A DNA stretch of 64,000 bases from Massilia sp. PWRC2. Lineage in GTDB: Bacteria > Pseudomonadota > Gammaproteobacteria > Burkholderiales > Burkholderiaceae_D. Made by a program: the position numbers and the translations under genes. The notes beneath the pieces were generated by a model, which made no database searches, was not told the origin of the DNA, and saw only the letters and a program-made list of their open reading frames with translations. Position 1 is the first letter of the stretch; the number at the start of each line of letters is the position of its first letter. This document shows positions 9,456 through 20,128 of the stretch, in pieces. Where the stretch lies: assembly GCF_049896725.1 (NCBI RefSeq), contig NZ_JAFCUW010000005.1, positions 296,515 through 360,514 on the forward strand, given 5' to 3'.

Positions 9456-10514
9456 TTACGCCTGCAGGGCAGGGTAGTCGGTGTAACCTTCAGCGCCCGA
9501 ACCGTAGAACAGCTGCGGCCGTTGTGGGTTCATGGGGGCATCTTCCTGCAGGCGGCGCGGCAAGTCTGGATTGGCAATAAACAGTTTGCCGAAGGCGACG
9601 GCGTCGGCCTTGCCCTCGTTAATCAATTGCTCGGCCGATGCGCGCGTCATCGATTCGTTGGCGATGTAGACGCCGCCGAATGTTTCCTTGAGCAGGGGAC
9701 CCAGGCTGTCGGCGCCGATCGCTTCGCGGGCGCAGATGAAGGCGATGTTGCGCGCCTTGAGTTGACGGGCGACGTAGCTGAAGGTGGCGGCCGGGTTCGA
9801 GTCACCCATGTCGTGGGCATCGCGGCGCGGCGCCAGGTGCATGCCGACCTTGCCGGCGCCCCATACGTCGATACATGCATCGGTAATCTCGAGCATCAGG
9901 CGGGCGCGGTTTTCGATCGAGCCACCGTACTGGTCGGTGCGGGTGTTGGTGCTGTCTTGCAGGAACTGGTCGAGCAGGTAGCCATTCGCACCGTGAATTT
10001 CGACGCCGTCAAAGCCGGCCAGCTTGGCGTTTTCGGCGCCCTTGCGGAATGCCGCCACCACGCCGGCGACCTCGGCCGTTTCCAGCGCGCGCGGCAGCGG
10101 GTAGGCGCGCTCGGGGCGCAGCAGGCTGACGTGGCCAGCGGCGGCGATGGCGCTGGGCGCCACCGGTGCATCTCCGCCGAGCAGGCTGGGGTCGGAGATG
10201 CGGCCGACGTGCCACAGTTGCAGGAATATCAGGCTGCCGGCCGCGTGGACGGCGTCGGTCACCACTTTCCAGCCGGCCACCTGTTCATCGGACCAGATGC
10301 CGGGGGTGTTTTCGTAGCCGACCCCTTGTGCGACCACCGAGGTCGCTTCCGACAGGATCAGGCCGGCGCTGGCGCGCTGCACATAGTAGTCGGCCATCAG
10401 GGCGTTCGGCACGCGGGCGCCACCGACGGCGCGGGCGCGGGTGAGCGGCGCCATGACGACGCGGTTGCGTAAAGTAAAGTCGCCGACGACGAGGGGTTCG
10501 AAAAGAGTGGTCAT
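9456..10514 (-). CDS. nemA: NADH:flavin oxidoreductase / N-ethylmaleimide reductase (Old Yellow Enzyme family).
   Basis: The 352 aa sequence is typical of OYE. It carries the motifs APLTRAR, the HGANGYLLDQFL active-site region and the RTDQYGGS motif. Confidence 0.9.
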   Translation of the reverse strand: MTTLFEPLVVGDFTLRNRVVMAPLTRARAVGGARVPNALMADYYVQRASAGLILSEATSVVAQGVGYENTPGIWSDEQVAGWKVVTDAVHAAGSLIFLQLWHVGRISDPSLLGGDAPVAPSAIAAAGHVSLLRPERAYPLPRALETAEVAGVVAAFRKGAENAKLAGFDGVEIHGANGYLLDQFLQDSTNTRTDQYGGSIENRARLMLEITDACIDVWGAGKVGMHLAPRRDAHDMGDSNPAATFSYVARQLKARNIAFICAREAIGADSLGPLLKETFGGVYIANESMTRASAEQLINEGKADAVAFGKLFIANPDLPRRLQEDAPMNPQRPQLFYGSGAEGYTDYPALQA

Positions 10515-10525
10515 GGGTACAGCTC

Positions 10526-10831
10526 CTAAAGTCCGTGATGCAGTTGATTGAGAAAGGTCGTAATGACCGCTTCGTTACGTTTGTAATAGACCCATTGGCC
10601 GACCCGGTGGGCGCTGATCAGGCCCGCCTTTTGCAGGCTGGCCAGGTGCGCCGACACGGTCGACTGCGACAGGCCGCTGCGCTGGTCGATCAGGCCGGCA
10701 CACACGCCCATCTCCAGCCCATGCACCTGGTGCGAAAAATAATGCTGTGGCTCTTTCAGCCACAATAAGATTTGCCGCCGCACGGGATTGGCTAGTGCTT
10801 TGTGAATGGCGTCAATGGCGTCGATATCCAT
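10526..10831 (-). CDS. ArsR-family (metalloregulator-like) HTH transcriptional regulator.
   Basis: The 101 aa sequence has a winged-HTH ArsR signature (ALANPVRRQIL...LSQSTVSAHLASLQKAGLI). Confidence 0.8.
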   Translation of the reverse strand: MDIDAIDAIHKALANPVRRQILLWLKEPQHYFSHQVHGLEMGVCAGLIDQRSGLSQSTVSAHLASLQKAGLISAHRVGQWVYYKRNEAVITTFLNQLHHGL

Positions 10832-10927
10832 GAGGTTTCCTGTATCGGGTTTCTACGAACCTAATATCGTTATTTTACGATATGTCCAGATTTTTTGCTG
10901 GAGGTGGCGCGTTTTACGTCCAGCCCC

Positions 10928-11851
10928 TCAGCGGCGCAGCATGGCCCACCAGCGTTCGCCGAACTGGTTTAAGGCCAGCCCGCCCAGCACCAGCAGGCCG
11001 GCGCCTATGGCCCAGCCATGCAGTGTTTCGCCCAGGATCAGGGCGGCGCTGAGCATGCCGGCGACCGGCACCAGCAGGGAAAACGGGGCGATGGTGGCTG
11101 TCGGGTATTTGCGCATCAGCATCGACCAGATGCCAAACCCCAGCAAGGTATTCGGATAGGACTGAAACAGCACCGCGCCCAGCGTGCGCCAGCTAAAATT
11201 GTGCGCCGCCAGCCGCCACGCCGCTTCGCCTTCGACCAGCCAGGACGCCAGCAACAGCGGCGGCGTCGCCACCAGCGCCGCCCACACCATCAGCGCCAGC
11301 GCATTGACGGGCGCCGCCGCCGCGCCAGGGCGGCTGGCGCCAGCCTTGCCCATCTGCTTGCTGGCGATATTTGCCACCGCCCACGACAGCCCGGCCAGCA
11401 CCACCAGGGCGAAGCCGATCAGGGTGGCGCGCGCCTGCAGGTTGGCCGCCACCACGCCCATCCCCGCCAGCGCCACCAGCGCGCCCAGCAGTTGCGCCGC
11501 GCGCGGCCGCTCGCCCAGCAGCAGCACGGCCAGGCCGATGGTAAAAAACGCTTGCAACTGGACCACCAGCGACGCCAGGCCCGCTGGCAGTCCCAGCTTG
11601 ATGCCGGTGAACAGCAGGGTGAACTGGATGGCGAACTGGAACAGGCCGAAGATCAGTACCAGGTGCAGCGAGGTGCGCGGCGGCTTGATCACCAGCACCA
11701 GCGGCAGCGCGGCAAACAGGAAGCGCAGGGCGGAAAACAGGATGGGCGGCAAATCGCGCAAGCCCAGCTTGATGACCACGAAGTTGCCACCCCAAATGGT
11801 GACGACGGCCAGCGCCATGCCGATGTCGCCGGCGCTCATGCTGTGCTTCAT
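10928..11851 (-). CDS. EamA/DMT superfamily transporter.
   Basis: The 307 aa sequence is a 10-TM protein with two EamA-like repeats. Confidence 0.85.
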   Translation of the reverse strand: MKHSMSAGDIGMALAVVTIWGGNFVVIKLGLRDLPPILFSALRFLFAALPLVLVIKPPRTSLHLVLIFGLFQFAIQFTLLFTGIKLGLPAGLASLVVQLQAFFTIGLAVLLLGERPRAAQLLGALVALAGMGVVAANLQARATLIGFALVVLAGLSWAVANIASKQMGKAGASRPGAAAAPVNALALMVWAALVATPPLLLASWLVEGEAAWRLAAHNFSWRTLGAVLFQSYPNTLLGFGIWSMLMRKYPTATIAPFSLLVPVAGMLSAALILGETLHGWAIGAGLLVLGGLALNQFGERWWAMLRR

Positions 11852-12008
11852 GCGCTATCCTTATTATTGCCCGAAGAACATTGATTATGGCTGAGATCGG
11901 AATTCGCCGTGCACGCCTGGCCGGCGCCCGCTTGCCCGCATCGGCACCCCGTGCTACGGTCGGGCCTGTCACGCTTTTCGCATGGCGCATGATTTTTCAG
12001 GAGCGGGT

Positions 12009-12329
12009 ATGAGCTGGTTGTTGCTGGTGGTGGCGGGATTGCTGGAAGTGGCGTGGGCGGTCGGCCTCAAATACACCGAAGGGTTCACCCGGCTGGTGCC
12101 GTCGGGCTTGACGCTGGCGGCGATGGCGGCCAGTGTCGGCTTGCTGGGGCTGGCCTTACGCCACTTGCCGCTGGGAACAGCGTACGCGGTCTGGACCGGC
12201 ATCGGCACCGTCGGCACGGCGATTTTCGGCATGCTGGTGCTGGGCGAGTCGGCCGGTGCACTGCGCCTGCTGTCGATCGGCTTGATCGTCGCCGGCATCG
12301 CCGGCCTCAAACTGCTTACGCCTGCCTGA
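12009..12329 (+). CDS. sugE: SMR-family quaternary ammonium compound efflux protein (SugE/EmrE-like).
   Basis: From the ATG at 12009 it gives 106 aa with four TM segments and the conserved Glu-containing TM1 ([16 protein letters not shown]). Confidence 0.85.
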   Translation: MSWLLLVVAGLLEVAWAVGLKYTEGFTRLVPSGLTLAAMAASVGLLGLALRHLPLGTAYAVWTGIGTVGTAIFGMLVLGESAGALRLLSIGLIVAGIAGLKLLTPA

Positions 12330-12351
12330 ACGGCGCAGCGCACCGGCCGTG

Positions 12352-13113
12352 TTAGCGGGCACTGGTCCAGCGCCCGCAGATGCGCCCGAGTTCGCCGCTC
12401 GCCTTGAGCGTGGCCAGGGCCGCCTCGATGGCCGGCGCCAGTGCCGGGCTGGCGCGATGGCTCACCCAGAAATACAGGGAGCCGGTCCCGAAGCGGGTTG
12501 GCAGCAGCGTCAGATGCTGGTCGAGTCCGGCGGTGCGCATGTAATACAACATGCTCGCTTCGTTCAAATAGGTGTAGCGGCCATGGCCGTGGATAGTCTT
12601 GCGTAAATTGGTGACGCTGTCGCCCGTGCTGTCATCGATTTCCATGCCGAGCGCTTTGAGTTCGTCGATATAGCCGGAACCGCGCGGGGTGTTCACCAGC
12701 GTCTTGGCGCGCGCCAGCTCGGCCAGGCTGGTCACAGTGCCATCGTCGCCGGCGGCGGCGGCCAGCCGGTAGACGGCGTCGTACAGGGGCACGCTGATGC
12801 GCACGGCGATGCGGCGCCGACCCGGTGAATCGACCAGCGCGCAGGCGGCCCAGACATCGCCGCGCGCCAGGCTGCTTTCAATGACTGCCAGCGAGCGCAC
12901 CTGCTGGTGGCCGACGAAGCGGATCGCCGGATCGAGCCGCTCGATGGCCGCCAGCAGGTCAGCACAGATACCCTGCGGCTTGCCTTCGCCCGGTATCCAC
13001 TTGGGCGCCACACTTTCCTGGGCAATGATAGGCACCGTCAACCGCGCCCGCGCGGGGCAGCAAGCCAGGCCAAGCAACATCAATACGCAACAGGCGCCGT
13101 CAGCAAATCGCAT
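12352..13113 (-). CDS. Periplasmic solute-binding protein (family 3, amino-acid ABC transporter type).
   Basis: The 253 aa sequence has a signal peptide and an SBP_bac_3-like architecture. Confidence 0.7.
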   Translation of the reverse strand: MRFADGACCVLMLLGLACCPARARLTVPIIAQESVAPKWIPGEGKPQGICADLLAAIERLDPAIRFVGHQQVRSLAVIESSLARGDVWAACALVDSPGRRRIAVRISVPLYDAVYRLAAAAGDDGTVTSLAELARAKTLVNTPRGSGYIDELKALGMEIDDSTGDSVTNLRKTIHGHGRYTYLNEASMLYYMRTAGLDQHLTLLPTRFGTGSLYFWVSHRASPALAPAIEAALATLKASGELGRICGRWTSAR

Positions 13114-13223
13114 AACCCACCAGTTAAATCAGATGTTCATGATCTTCTCATATTAAAGAGCGCAAAAGTGCAATATTTTAGACACATTATTGTCGGTCTT
13201 GCGACACATTGTGCCGTGCCCTG

Positions 13224-14198
13224 TCAGTCCTTGGCAAACGCCGGGTTGGCGGTGGTCAGGTAATACCATTCCTGGTTGGCGCCCGCATTCACGTCCGGAA
13301 ACAGGATGCGGCCGTCGAGTTCCGACCGCACCGAAGTGCCATCGGCGCGCGTGCCGATCACGGTACCGACGCGTACTTCGTCGAAACTGCGCCAGGTGCG
13401 GGCGAAGCTGTCGGCCTTGTCGAGTTTGTCATGGACGACCACCATCGACAGCGCTTCGATGTCGGCGGCGGCAACGGCCGCTGGCGCTGGCGCATCGATC
13501 AGGCCCAGGTGGGCCAGCGTATTGATGATGGCGCGGTAGCCCACCGCGGGCGCCTGCGGGTCGCGGTGCTGGCCGCATTCGAGCGTCAAGGCGTAGCCGC
13601 CGGTGCTGCGCATGAATTCGGTGGTGCCGACGCCGTAGCGCAGCACCGTTTGCAATTGCGACGCATCGCTCAGGCGGCGCTGCACGCCGGCGCCGTAAGT
13701 GGCCAGCCAGCCGTCGACAAAGCGGCGCACGCCGAGCCGCTTGGCCAGTGCGCGCTCCTGGTCAGCGTGCGCGAACGGCTGCAGGGGGCCATCGTTATTC
13801 GGCGGGCCGACCATGACGAACGGTTCGCTGTCAGCATTGAACGAGTGCAGGTCGAGCAGCACATCGTGCCGGGCCAGCAGGGGACAGAGCCAGTTGGCGA
13901 TCCGGTCTTCGAAGTCTTGCGGGTCGTCGTTGGGGAACAGGTTGCGGTTCAGGTTGCGCTGGCCCGAGCGCTGTTCGAGCCGGTACGCCAGCGGGTTGGT
14001 GACCGGGACGAAGGTCACGCTGCCGCGGGCAATCACCAGTTCGCCGCTATCGATCTGCGCCATCACCCGTTCGATGGCGCGGGTACCGCAGGTTTCATTG
14101 CCGTGCACGGCGCCGGTGACGATCAGGCGCGCGCCCTTGTCCAGTCCCGTGTAGTTGATCGATTTGAATTGGAGGTCGCGCGGGCTGGGCTGGGTCAT
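13224..14198 (-). CDS. Succinylglutamate desuccinylase / aspartoacylase (AstE/AspA) family zinc hydrolase.
   Basis: The 324 aa sequence has the motifs GAVHGNETCG and LDLHS, typical of the AstE_AspA family. Confidence 0.8.
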   Translation of the reverse strand: MTQPSPRDLQFKSINYTGLDKGARLIVTGAVHGNETCGTRAIERVMAQIDSGELVIARGSVTFVPVTNPLAYRLEQRSGQRNLNRNLFPNDDPQDFEDRIANWLCPLLARHDVLLDLHSFNADSEPFVMVGPPNNDGPLQPFAHADQERALAKRLGVRRFVDGWLATYGAGVQRRLSDASQLQTVLRYGVGTTEFMRSTGGYALTLECGQHRDPQAPAVGYRAIINTLAHLGLIDAPAPAAVAAADIEALSMVVVHDKLDKADSFARTWRSFDEVRVGTVIGTRADGTSVRSELDGRILFPDVNAGANQEWYYLTTANPAFAKD

Positions 14199-14324
14199 TG
14201 CGGGTCAACTTTACGTGGTGAGCTAGATCGCATATTTTAGCGGGAATCGCCGGCGTCGACGAGCGCGCCGTGGTCGGCTACAATCGCAGCTCCCCATGAC
14301 CAGGGTCCGCCACCCTGTTCGCCC

Positions 14325-15482
14325 ATGCCGCCGTCGCCGTTTTCGCCCCCGCCTGCTCCGCCGCGCCTGCACGGCCTCGACACCCTGCGCGCGCTGGCGG
14401 TGACCCTGGTGGTGCTGCACCACTACGTCCTGTTCGTCAGCGAGCGCGCCACCTTCGGCTGGCTCGGCGAGATCGGCTGGGTCGGCGTCGACCTGTTTTT
14501 TGCCCTGTCCGGCTACCTGATCGGCAACCAGATCTTTGCCGCCCTGGCTGGCCCTGGCCACTTTTCACTAACGCGTTTTTATGGCCGCCGCCTGCTGCGC
14601 ACACTGCCGAATTTTTACGTGGTGCTGGCCCTGTACTACCTGTGGCCGTGGTTTGCCGACGGCGCCCCGTTGCTGCCGCTGTGGCGGTTTATATCGTTTA
14701 CCCAGAATATCCTGCTGGTGCCGGGCAGCGCTTTTTCGCATGCCTGGTCGCTGTGCATCGAAGAGCAGTTTTATGTGGTGCTGCCGGTGCTGGCACTGGC
14801 GTTGGCGGCGCAGCGGCGCAGCCTGGCGCTGGGCTGGGCGGCGCTGGCGGCGGCCGTGCTGGTGGGCCTGGTGGCGCGCGGCTGCTTGTGGCGTCTGCAT
14901 GTCAATGTCGACGCCAATGTCGGCGTCGGCGGCGCCGGTGCCGTGCAGGCGCAAGCGGCCTACTTCACCTACATCTACTATGCCTCCGTGTGCCGGCTCG
15001 ACGAGCTGCTCGCCGGCGTGGCGCTGGCGCTGCTGAAAAATTTTCACCCGCTTCTGTGGCAGCGACTGACCCGCCATGGCGAGCTGGCGCTGGCGCTGGG
15101 CGCTGCCGTGCTGGCGCTGGCGGCCTGCTGGTTTCTCGCTGACCGCTATGATTTTGCCGTCACCGTCTTCGGCTACCCGCTGCTGGCGCTGGGCTTCGGT
15201 TTGCTGCTGCTGGCAGCGCTCGATCCATCGGCGCGCCTGGCGGCACGGCGCGTGCCCGGCTGCCAGCGCCTGGCGCTGTGGTCGTATGCCATCTACCTGG
15301 TGCACCGGCAAATCAGCGTGCTGGCGGCGCGACCGCTGGCAGCGGCCGGCTTTGGCGCCGAATCGCCGCTGGCGATTGTCATGCTGATGGGCTTGTCGCT
15401 GCTGGGCGGGGCGCTGCTCTACACGCTGGTGGAAGCGCCCTGCATGGCCTTGCGCGCGCGTTACCTGCCCTTGAAACGCTAA
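14325..15482 (+). CDS. Acyltransferase family 3 (OafA/YrhL-like) membrane O-acyltransferase.
   Basis: The 385 aa multi-TM sequence begins with the conserved N-terminus GLDTLRALAVTLVVLHH...DLFFALSGYLI. Confidence 0.85.
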   Translation: MPPSPFSPPPAPPRLHGLDTLRALAVTLVVLHHYVLFVSERATFGWLGEIGWVGVDLFFALSGYLIGNQIFAALAGPGHFSLTRFYGRRLLRTLPNFYVVLALYYLWPWFADGAPLLPLWRFISFTQNILLVPGSAFSHAWSLCIEEQFYVVLPVLALALAAQRRSLALGWAALAAAVLVGLVARGCLWRLHVNVDANVGVGGAGAVQAQAAYFTYIYYASVCRLDELLAGVALALLKNFHPLLWQRLTRHGELALALGAAVLALAACWFLADRYDFAVTVFGYPLLALGFGLLLLAALDPSARLAARRVPGCQRLALWSYAIYLVHRQISVLAARPLAAAGFGAESPLAIVMLMGLSLLGGALLYTLVEAPCMALRARYLPLKR

Positions 15483-15985
15483 GGCGCGGGCAGGCGCTGC
15501 TGGTCGATCATATCGATGACGCCGAACGGCGCCTGCATCTGCCCTAAAAATTCCAGCACGGCGAAAGCACGCATCGATGGATTGCCAGCGCGACTGTCTT
15601 CAATTGCCCGGCGCAGTCCCGGCACCGCTTCGATCGTGTGCGGTGCATCGTAGGCGGCAATCAGCAGGGTGACCAGCGCGGTGGGGTCGCCGCGCCGCAT
15701 CACCGCCTCGATCACGGCGATTAACGCGCGCTGCATGGCGGGGGTAGGGTGGCTGATATGGGCAAACACCAGCGGGGTGTTGGTGATGGCGTCGGCCAGG
15801 ATGCGCTCGATTTTTTCCGCTTTGGTGTCGGAGGCGATGTCGAAATACGCGCGGTTCCAGCGCGTACTGGCGTAGGGGTGGCCGGGCGGGAAGCCATCGA
15901 TGGTGTCGAAGCCGCAGATGCGGGACAGGTGGGCGAGGCCAGCGGCGAGCGTGTCGAGAAGGGGCATGGCGGCAGTGTAGCGCAA
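15479..15985 (-). CDS. Hypothetical protein.
   Basis: A 168 aa ORF with high coding potential and the correct GC3 skew. I recognise no domain. The start could instead be MPLLDT at 15967. Confidence 0.4.
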   Translation of the reverse strand: MRYTAAMPLLDTLAAGLAHLSRICGFDTIDGFPPGHPYASTRWNRAYFDIASDTKAEKIERILADAITNTPLVFAHISHPTPAMQRALIAVIEAVMRRGDPTALVTLLIAAYDAPHTIEAVPGLRRAIEDSRAGNPSMRAFAVLEFLGQMQAPFGVIDMIDQQRLPAP

Positions 15986-16016
15986 ACGACGGGGGCGCTG
16001 GCCGCCCCCGGTCGGC

Positions 16017-16946
16017 TCAGCTTTGCGCGAGGCCTTCGAAGCGGCCAGCGCGGAAGTCTTCGACCGCCTGCTGCAGCTCGGCCTGGGTGTTCATGACGAA
16101 CGGCCCGTACTGGGCGATCGGTTCGCCCAGCGGCCGGCCGGCAATCAGCAGCACCCGCAAGTCGCTGGCGGCGTGGATGCGCACACCGTCGGCGCCGGCG
16201 GGGTTGGCCAGGATGGCCATGCGGGTCGCTGGCACCGCTTTGCCTTCGACCACCGCTTCGCCACGGAACACATAGATAAACGCGTTGTGCCCTGCTGGCA
16301 GCTGCTGCTCGAAGCTGGCGCCGGCCGGCAGTGCGATGTCGAGGTACACCGGCTCGCTGCCGTCGCGGGTGACGGCACCGGCGACGCCATGGCTGCTGCC
16401 GGCGATCACCCGGACCACTGCGCCGCCCTGTGTTGTCACCTGCGGCAGCTGCTCGGCCGGGATGTCGCGGTACCACGGTTTGCTCATCTTGTCGCGCGCC
16501 GGCAGGTTCAGCCACAACTGGAAACCTTCCATCAAGCCCTCGTTCTGCTCGGGCATTTCCGAGTGCACCACGCCGCGCCCGGCCGTCATCCACTGCACGC
16601 CGCCATCGGTGATCAAGCCTTCATGGCCGGCGCTGTCCTTGTGGCGCATGCGGCCATGGATCATGTAAGAGATGGTCTCGAAACCGCGGTGCGGATGCTC
16701 GGGGAAGCCGGCGATGTAGTCGCCCGGCTTGTCGCTGCCGAAGGCGTCGAGCATCAGGAAGGGATCGAGGCGACGCTGCAGCGACTGCGTCAGCACCCGG
16801 TTGATGCGCACGCCGGCGCCATCCATCACGAACTGGCCGGCGATGAGCCGCTCGACGCCGCGCGGGGCCCGCACGCTGTAGGCGTGGGTGGCGAGGGTGC
16901 CGTTGTTGACGGGGTTTTGCACGGGGTTTTCCAAGGGGGGTTCCAA
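16017..16946 (-). CDS. Pirin family protein (cupin; quercetinase-like).
   Basis: It has the pirin N-terminal cupin motifs HPHRGFETISYMIHG and MTAGRGVVHSE. Confidence 0.85.
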   Translation of the reverse strand: MEPPLENPVQNPVNNGTLATHAYSVRAPRGVERLIAGQFVMDGAGVRINRVLTQSLQRRLDPFLMLDAFGSDKPGDYIAGFPEHPHRGFETISYMIHGRMRHKDSAGHEGLITDGGVQWMTAGRGVVHSEMPEQNEGLMEGFQLWLNLPARDKMSKPWYRDIPAEQLPQVTTQGGAVVRVIAGSSHGVAGAVTRDGSEPVYLDIALPAGASFEQQLPAGHNAFIYVFRGEAVVEGKAVPATRMAILANPAGADGVRIHAASDLRVLLIAGRPLGEPIAQYGPFVMNTQAELQQAVEDFRAGRFEGLAQS

Positions 16947-17017
16947 ATTCGGCTCCTGTTACATACAAAAAAGGCGCCGCATCGACTGACCGGCGCCTTG
17001 CTGCCAGACGGCGGCGC

Positions 17018-17617
17018 TTACGCCAGCACGGCGGCGATCTGGGCGTCAGCGTCAGCCTGCGCCTGGGCGACGGCGTCAGGACCCATGCCGAGGCCTTCGC
17101 TGTACAGGAACGTCACATCGGTCATGCCGAGAAAACCGAGGAAGGTGCTCAGGTGCGGCACTTGCGAGTCGCTGGCGCCATTGCGGTGCACGCCGCCACG
17201 CGACAGGTTGACGTAGACTTTTTTTCCCGTCAACAGGCCTTCGGGGCCGTTGGCGCCGTAGCGGAAGGTCACGCCGGCACGGGCGATGGCGTCGAACCAG
17301 GTCTTGAGCTGGCTGGTGATGCCAAAGTTGTACATGGGCGCGCCGATGACGATGACGTCGGCTGCCTGCAGCTGGGCGATCAGAGCATCGTCGAGGGCCA
17401 CGCGCGCAGCCTGCGCCGGCGAGCGCTGATCGGCCGGGGTGAACAGGGCGCCCAGGGTCGCTTCGTCGATCACCGGATGGGGTTCGCTGGCGAGGTCGCG
17501 GCGCACTACCGACGCACCGGCATTCGCAGCGACCAGGCCGGCAACGAGTTTGTCGCCCATGCGGGTCGATTCGGAACCGCTGCTGCGGGCGCTGGAATTA
17601 ATTTGCAGAATGTTCAT
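17018..17617 (-). CDS. azoR: FMN-dependent NADH-azoreductase.
   Basis: The 200 aa sequence starting [12 protein letters not shown]... is the typical AzoR/flavodoxin-like fold N-terminus. Confidence 0.9.
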   Translation of the reverse strand: MNILQINSSARSSGSESTRMGDKLVAGLVAANAGASVVRRDLASEPHPVIDEATLGALFTPADQRSPAQAARVALDDALIAQLQAADVIVIGAPMYNFGITSQLKTWFDAIARAGVTFRYGANGPEGLLTGKKVYVNLSRGGVHRNGASDSQVPHLSTFLGFLGMTDVTFLYSEGLGMGPDAVAQAQADADAQIAAVLA

Positions 17618-17703
17618 ATAGTTTTCCTCAGTCAATTGTAGTTGTGGTGGAATTTGATGTAGGCCACTGTAGCAGTTCCATTTGACTCAAGATAGGCCGT
17701 AAA

Positions 17704-18651
17704 ATGGATAACATTATCTCGCCAATGGAACAATCCATGATCGATCCGAATGATTTGCTGCTGTTTGCCCGCATCGCTGACACTGGCAGTTTTAGCAAGG
17801 CGGCAGTGCGCCTCAACTTGCCCAAGTCAACCGTCTCGCGCCGCATCGCGCTGCTTGAAGCGACCCTGGGCGAGCGGCTGCTCCAGCGCACCACGCGGCG
17901 CCTGGTGCTGACCGAATTTGGCGACAGCCTGCTCGAACACGCGCGCCAGGTAGCCCAGCAGGTCGAAGCGGTGGCGGCGCTGGCCGAGCACCGTCAGCAG
18001 GAACCGAGCGGCAAACTGCGGCTGTCGATGCCGAGCGACTTTGCCAATCTGGGCTTATCGGGCCTGCTGGCAGCTTTCATGGTGCGCTATCCGGCCATCA
18101 CGCTCGAGCTGGACCTGTCGCCGCGGCGGGTCGACCTGGTGGCGGAAAACTTCGATGTCGCCATTCGCATGGGCGACCTGCCGGACGACGCCACGCTGGC
18201 GGCGCGCCGCATCACCTTCGAGCGCATCGGCTTGTATGCGGCGCCTGCCTATCTGGCCATGCGCGGCTTGCCGGAGTCGCCCGACGACCTCGAGCAGCAC
18301 GACCTGTTGTGTCTGTTGAGCCGCAATGGCGGCGCCCATCCGTGGCAGCTCACGCGCGGCAAGGTGCAGTGGTCGCGGCCACTGCCGGCCAAGCTGACCG
18401 CCAATTCGCCGGACCTGCTGGCGCGTATTGCCTGCGCCGGCGCCGGTATCGCTGCCAGCTCTGACCTGTTCGCCACGCCCTATCTGAAAAAAGGCGAGCT
18501 GGTACGGGTACTGCCTGAATGGGATTTGCCGGCGGTGACGGGGTGGGCCGTGTTTCCTGGCAGGCGGCTGATGCCGGCCAAGACGCGGGCGTTTCTCGAC
18601 ATGATGCAGTCGCTGTCGTGCGAGGAAGCCAGAGCCAGGCTGCTCGCCTGA
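17704..18651 (+). CDS. LysR-family transcriptional regulator, divergent from azoR.
   Basis: An N-terminal HTH (LLLFARIADTGSFSKAAVRLNLPKSTVSRRIALLE) is followed by a LysR substrate-binding domain. Confidence 0.9.
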   Translation: MDNIISPMEQSMIDPNDLLLFARIADTGSFSKAAVRLNLPKSTVSRRIALLEATLGERLLQRTTRRLVLTEFGDSLLEHARQVAQQVEAVAALAEHRQQEPSGKLRLSMPSDFANLGLSGLLAAFMVRYPAITLELDLSPRRVDLVAENFDVAIRMGDLPDDATLAARRITFERIGLYAAPAYLAMRGLPESPDDLEQHDLLCLLSRNGGAHPWQLTRGKVQWSRPLPAKLTANSPDLLARIACAGAGIAASSDLFATPYLKKGELVRVLPEWDLPAVTGWAVFPGRRLMPAKTRAFLDMMQSLSCEEARARLLA

Positions 18652-18656
18652 GCGTC

Positions 18657-19514
18657 CTATGTGGCGGCTGGCTGTGACCCCATCATCTCGCCCAGCCGGA
18701 TCGGGCGTTCCGGTCCCCATGCCGGATTAAAAGCGATGGTATCGGCCTGGAACAGCATGACGATGGTCGAGCCGAGCAGGAAGCGGCCAAACTCGTCACC
18801 CTGTTTCAGTTCGATTTGCTGGTCGTCGTAGGTCCATTCGCACAGCCGCCCCGGGCGGGTGGCGTTGACCACGCCATGCCACACCGTTTGCATGCTGCCG
18901 ACAATGGTGGCGCCTACCAGCACCAGCACGAACTGGCCATGCGCCTTCGATTCGAACACGCAGACCACCCGCTCGTTGCGGGCGAACAGTCCGGGAATGC
19001 CGCGCGCGGTGGTGGGGTTGACCGAGAACAGTGCGCCCGGCACATAGATCATGCGGATCAGGCGGCCGTCGCACGGCATGTGCAGGCGGTGGTAATCCTT
19101 CGGGCTCAGATACAGGTTGGCGAAGCTGCCATGCTGGAAGTGCGATGCCAGGCGGGCGTCGCCGCCAACCAGTTCGGTGGTGCTAAAGCGGTGGCCCTTG
19201 GCCTGAAAAATCTGGTGGTCATCGATGGCGCCGATCTGGCTGATGGCGCCGTCGACCGGGCAGACGAAGGCAGCGGCGGCCAGCGGGCGCACGCCGGCGC
19301 GCAGGGGGCGGGTAAAAAATTCGTTGAAGCTGCTGTAGCTGGCAATGTCGGGATTGACGGCTTCGCTCATGTCGACGCCGTACTTGGTGACGAACCATTT
19401 GATCAGATTGGTCGTCCACGCGCCACCTTTGGCGCCGGCCACGCGGCCGGCAAAGCTGGTGAGCGCCTGCTTTGGCAGCAGGTACTGCGGCAATACCTTG
19501 AGACGGTCGGACAC
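18657..19514 (-). CDS. psd: Phosphatidylserine decarboxylase proenzyme.
   Basis: The sequence has the Psd motifs (YHRLHMPCDG) and the LGSTIV self-cleavage site (G-S-T). Confidence 0.9.
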   Translation of the reverse strand: MSDRLKVLPQYLLPKQALTSFAGRVAGAKGGAWTTNLIKWFVTKYGVDMSEAVNPDIASYSSFNEFFTRPLRAGVRPLAAAAFVCPVDGAISQIGAIDDHQIFQAKGHRFSTTELVGGDARLASHFQHGSFANLYLSPKDYHRLHMPCDGRLIRMIYVPGALFSVNPTTARGIPGLFARNERVVCVFESKAHGQFVLVLVGATIVGSMQTVWHGVVNATRPGRLCEWTYDDQQIELKQGDEFGRFLLGSTIVMLFQADTIAFNPAWGPERPIRLGEMMGSQPAAT

Positions 19515-19782
19515 GATGTCGCCCTTTCAACTTAAATGAGGGGCAATTATAGCGGGGTGGCGCCAGCGCGGGTAGTCAGGCGGGCGCGGGTCATGCGGGC
19601 TCAGGCCAGGCGCATCAGCACGGCGCCGCCGGCGACCACGCTAGGCAAGCACGGATTCATTCATGACGGCGGACCGGGCATCCTGAAAAAGCGTCCGGCT
19701 GCGTTGCCAATACCCGCCATGCCCCGGCATTGCTGGCATTGCCGGCATGGCTGCGGTATTGCGCGCTGCTGGCTGCGTTTTC

Positions 19783-20094
19783 TTAAAAACGCTTTGGTGA
19801 CCGATTCCATCGGCCATAATGAAGCAGCGCTTCCCTGAGGTGGCTAGTCGACCGCAGTCGAGGCAGCGATACATGACCAGCTGACCAGCTGGCCGGTACC
19901 GGCGATGCCAGCGAGGGCAGCAGCAGGGCAGCAATGACAGCGGCGGCGGTTGCCACGGCCATGGTCATGAAGACGGTCTCAGAGCGCGCCTTGACGTTGG
20001 CGTTCCAGCCGGCGTGGAGAAAAGCGCCAGCGAGGACGGCGCCGAAGACGACCGGGTTGACCAGCGCTGCACTCATGGTGCACTTATGGCGCAC
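19783..20094 (-). pseudogene. Possible remnant of a DMT/EamA transporter N-terminus (fragment).
   Basis: The 103 aa ORF has an N-terminus resembling the first TM helices of an EamA protein and then degenerates. It sits in a 600-bp low-coding region. Confidence 0.25.
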
Positions 20095-20128
20095 TCATGG
20101 CGCACTCATGGCGCACTCATGGTCCACT
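20068..20128. repeat. 11-bp tandem repeat (cgcactcatgg) x about 5, immediately downstream of the HD-hydrolase gene stop.
   Basis: Read directly: ...tgcactcatggtgcacttatggcgcactcatggcgcactcatggcgcactcatggtccactcacgg. Confidence 0.85.

Noticed and set aside
11018-11990. ORFs 11018..11884 +, 11184..11894 + and 11193..11990 -, which overlap the EamA transporter gene.
   Set aside because: Their translations are Arg/Gln/Gly-rich. The EamA frame (10928-11851 -) shows clean TM helices.
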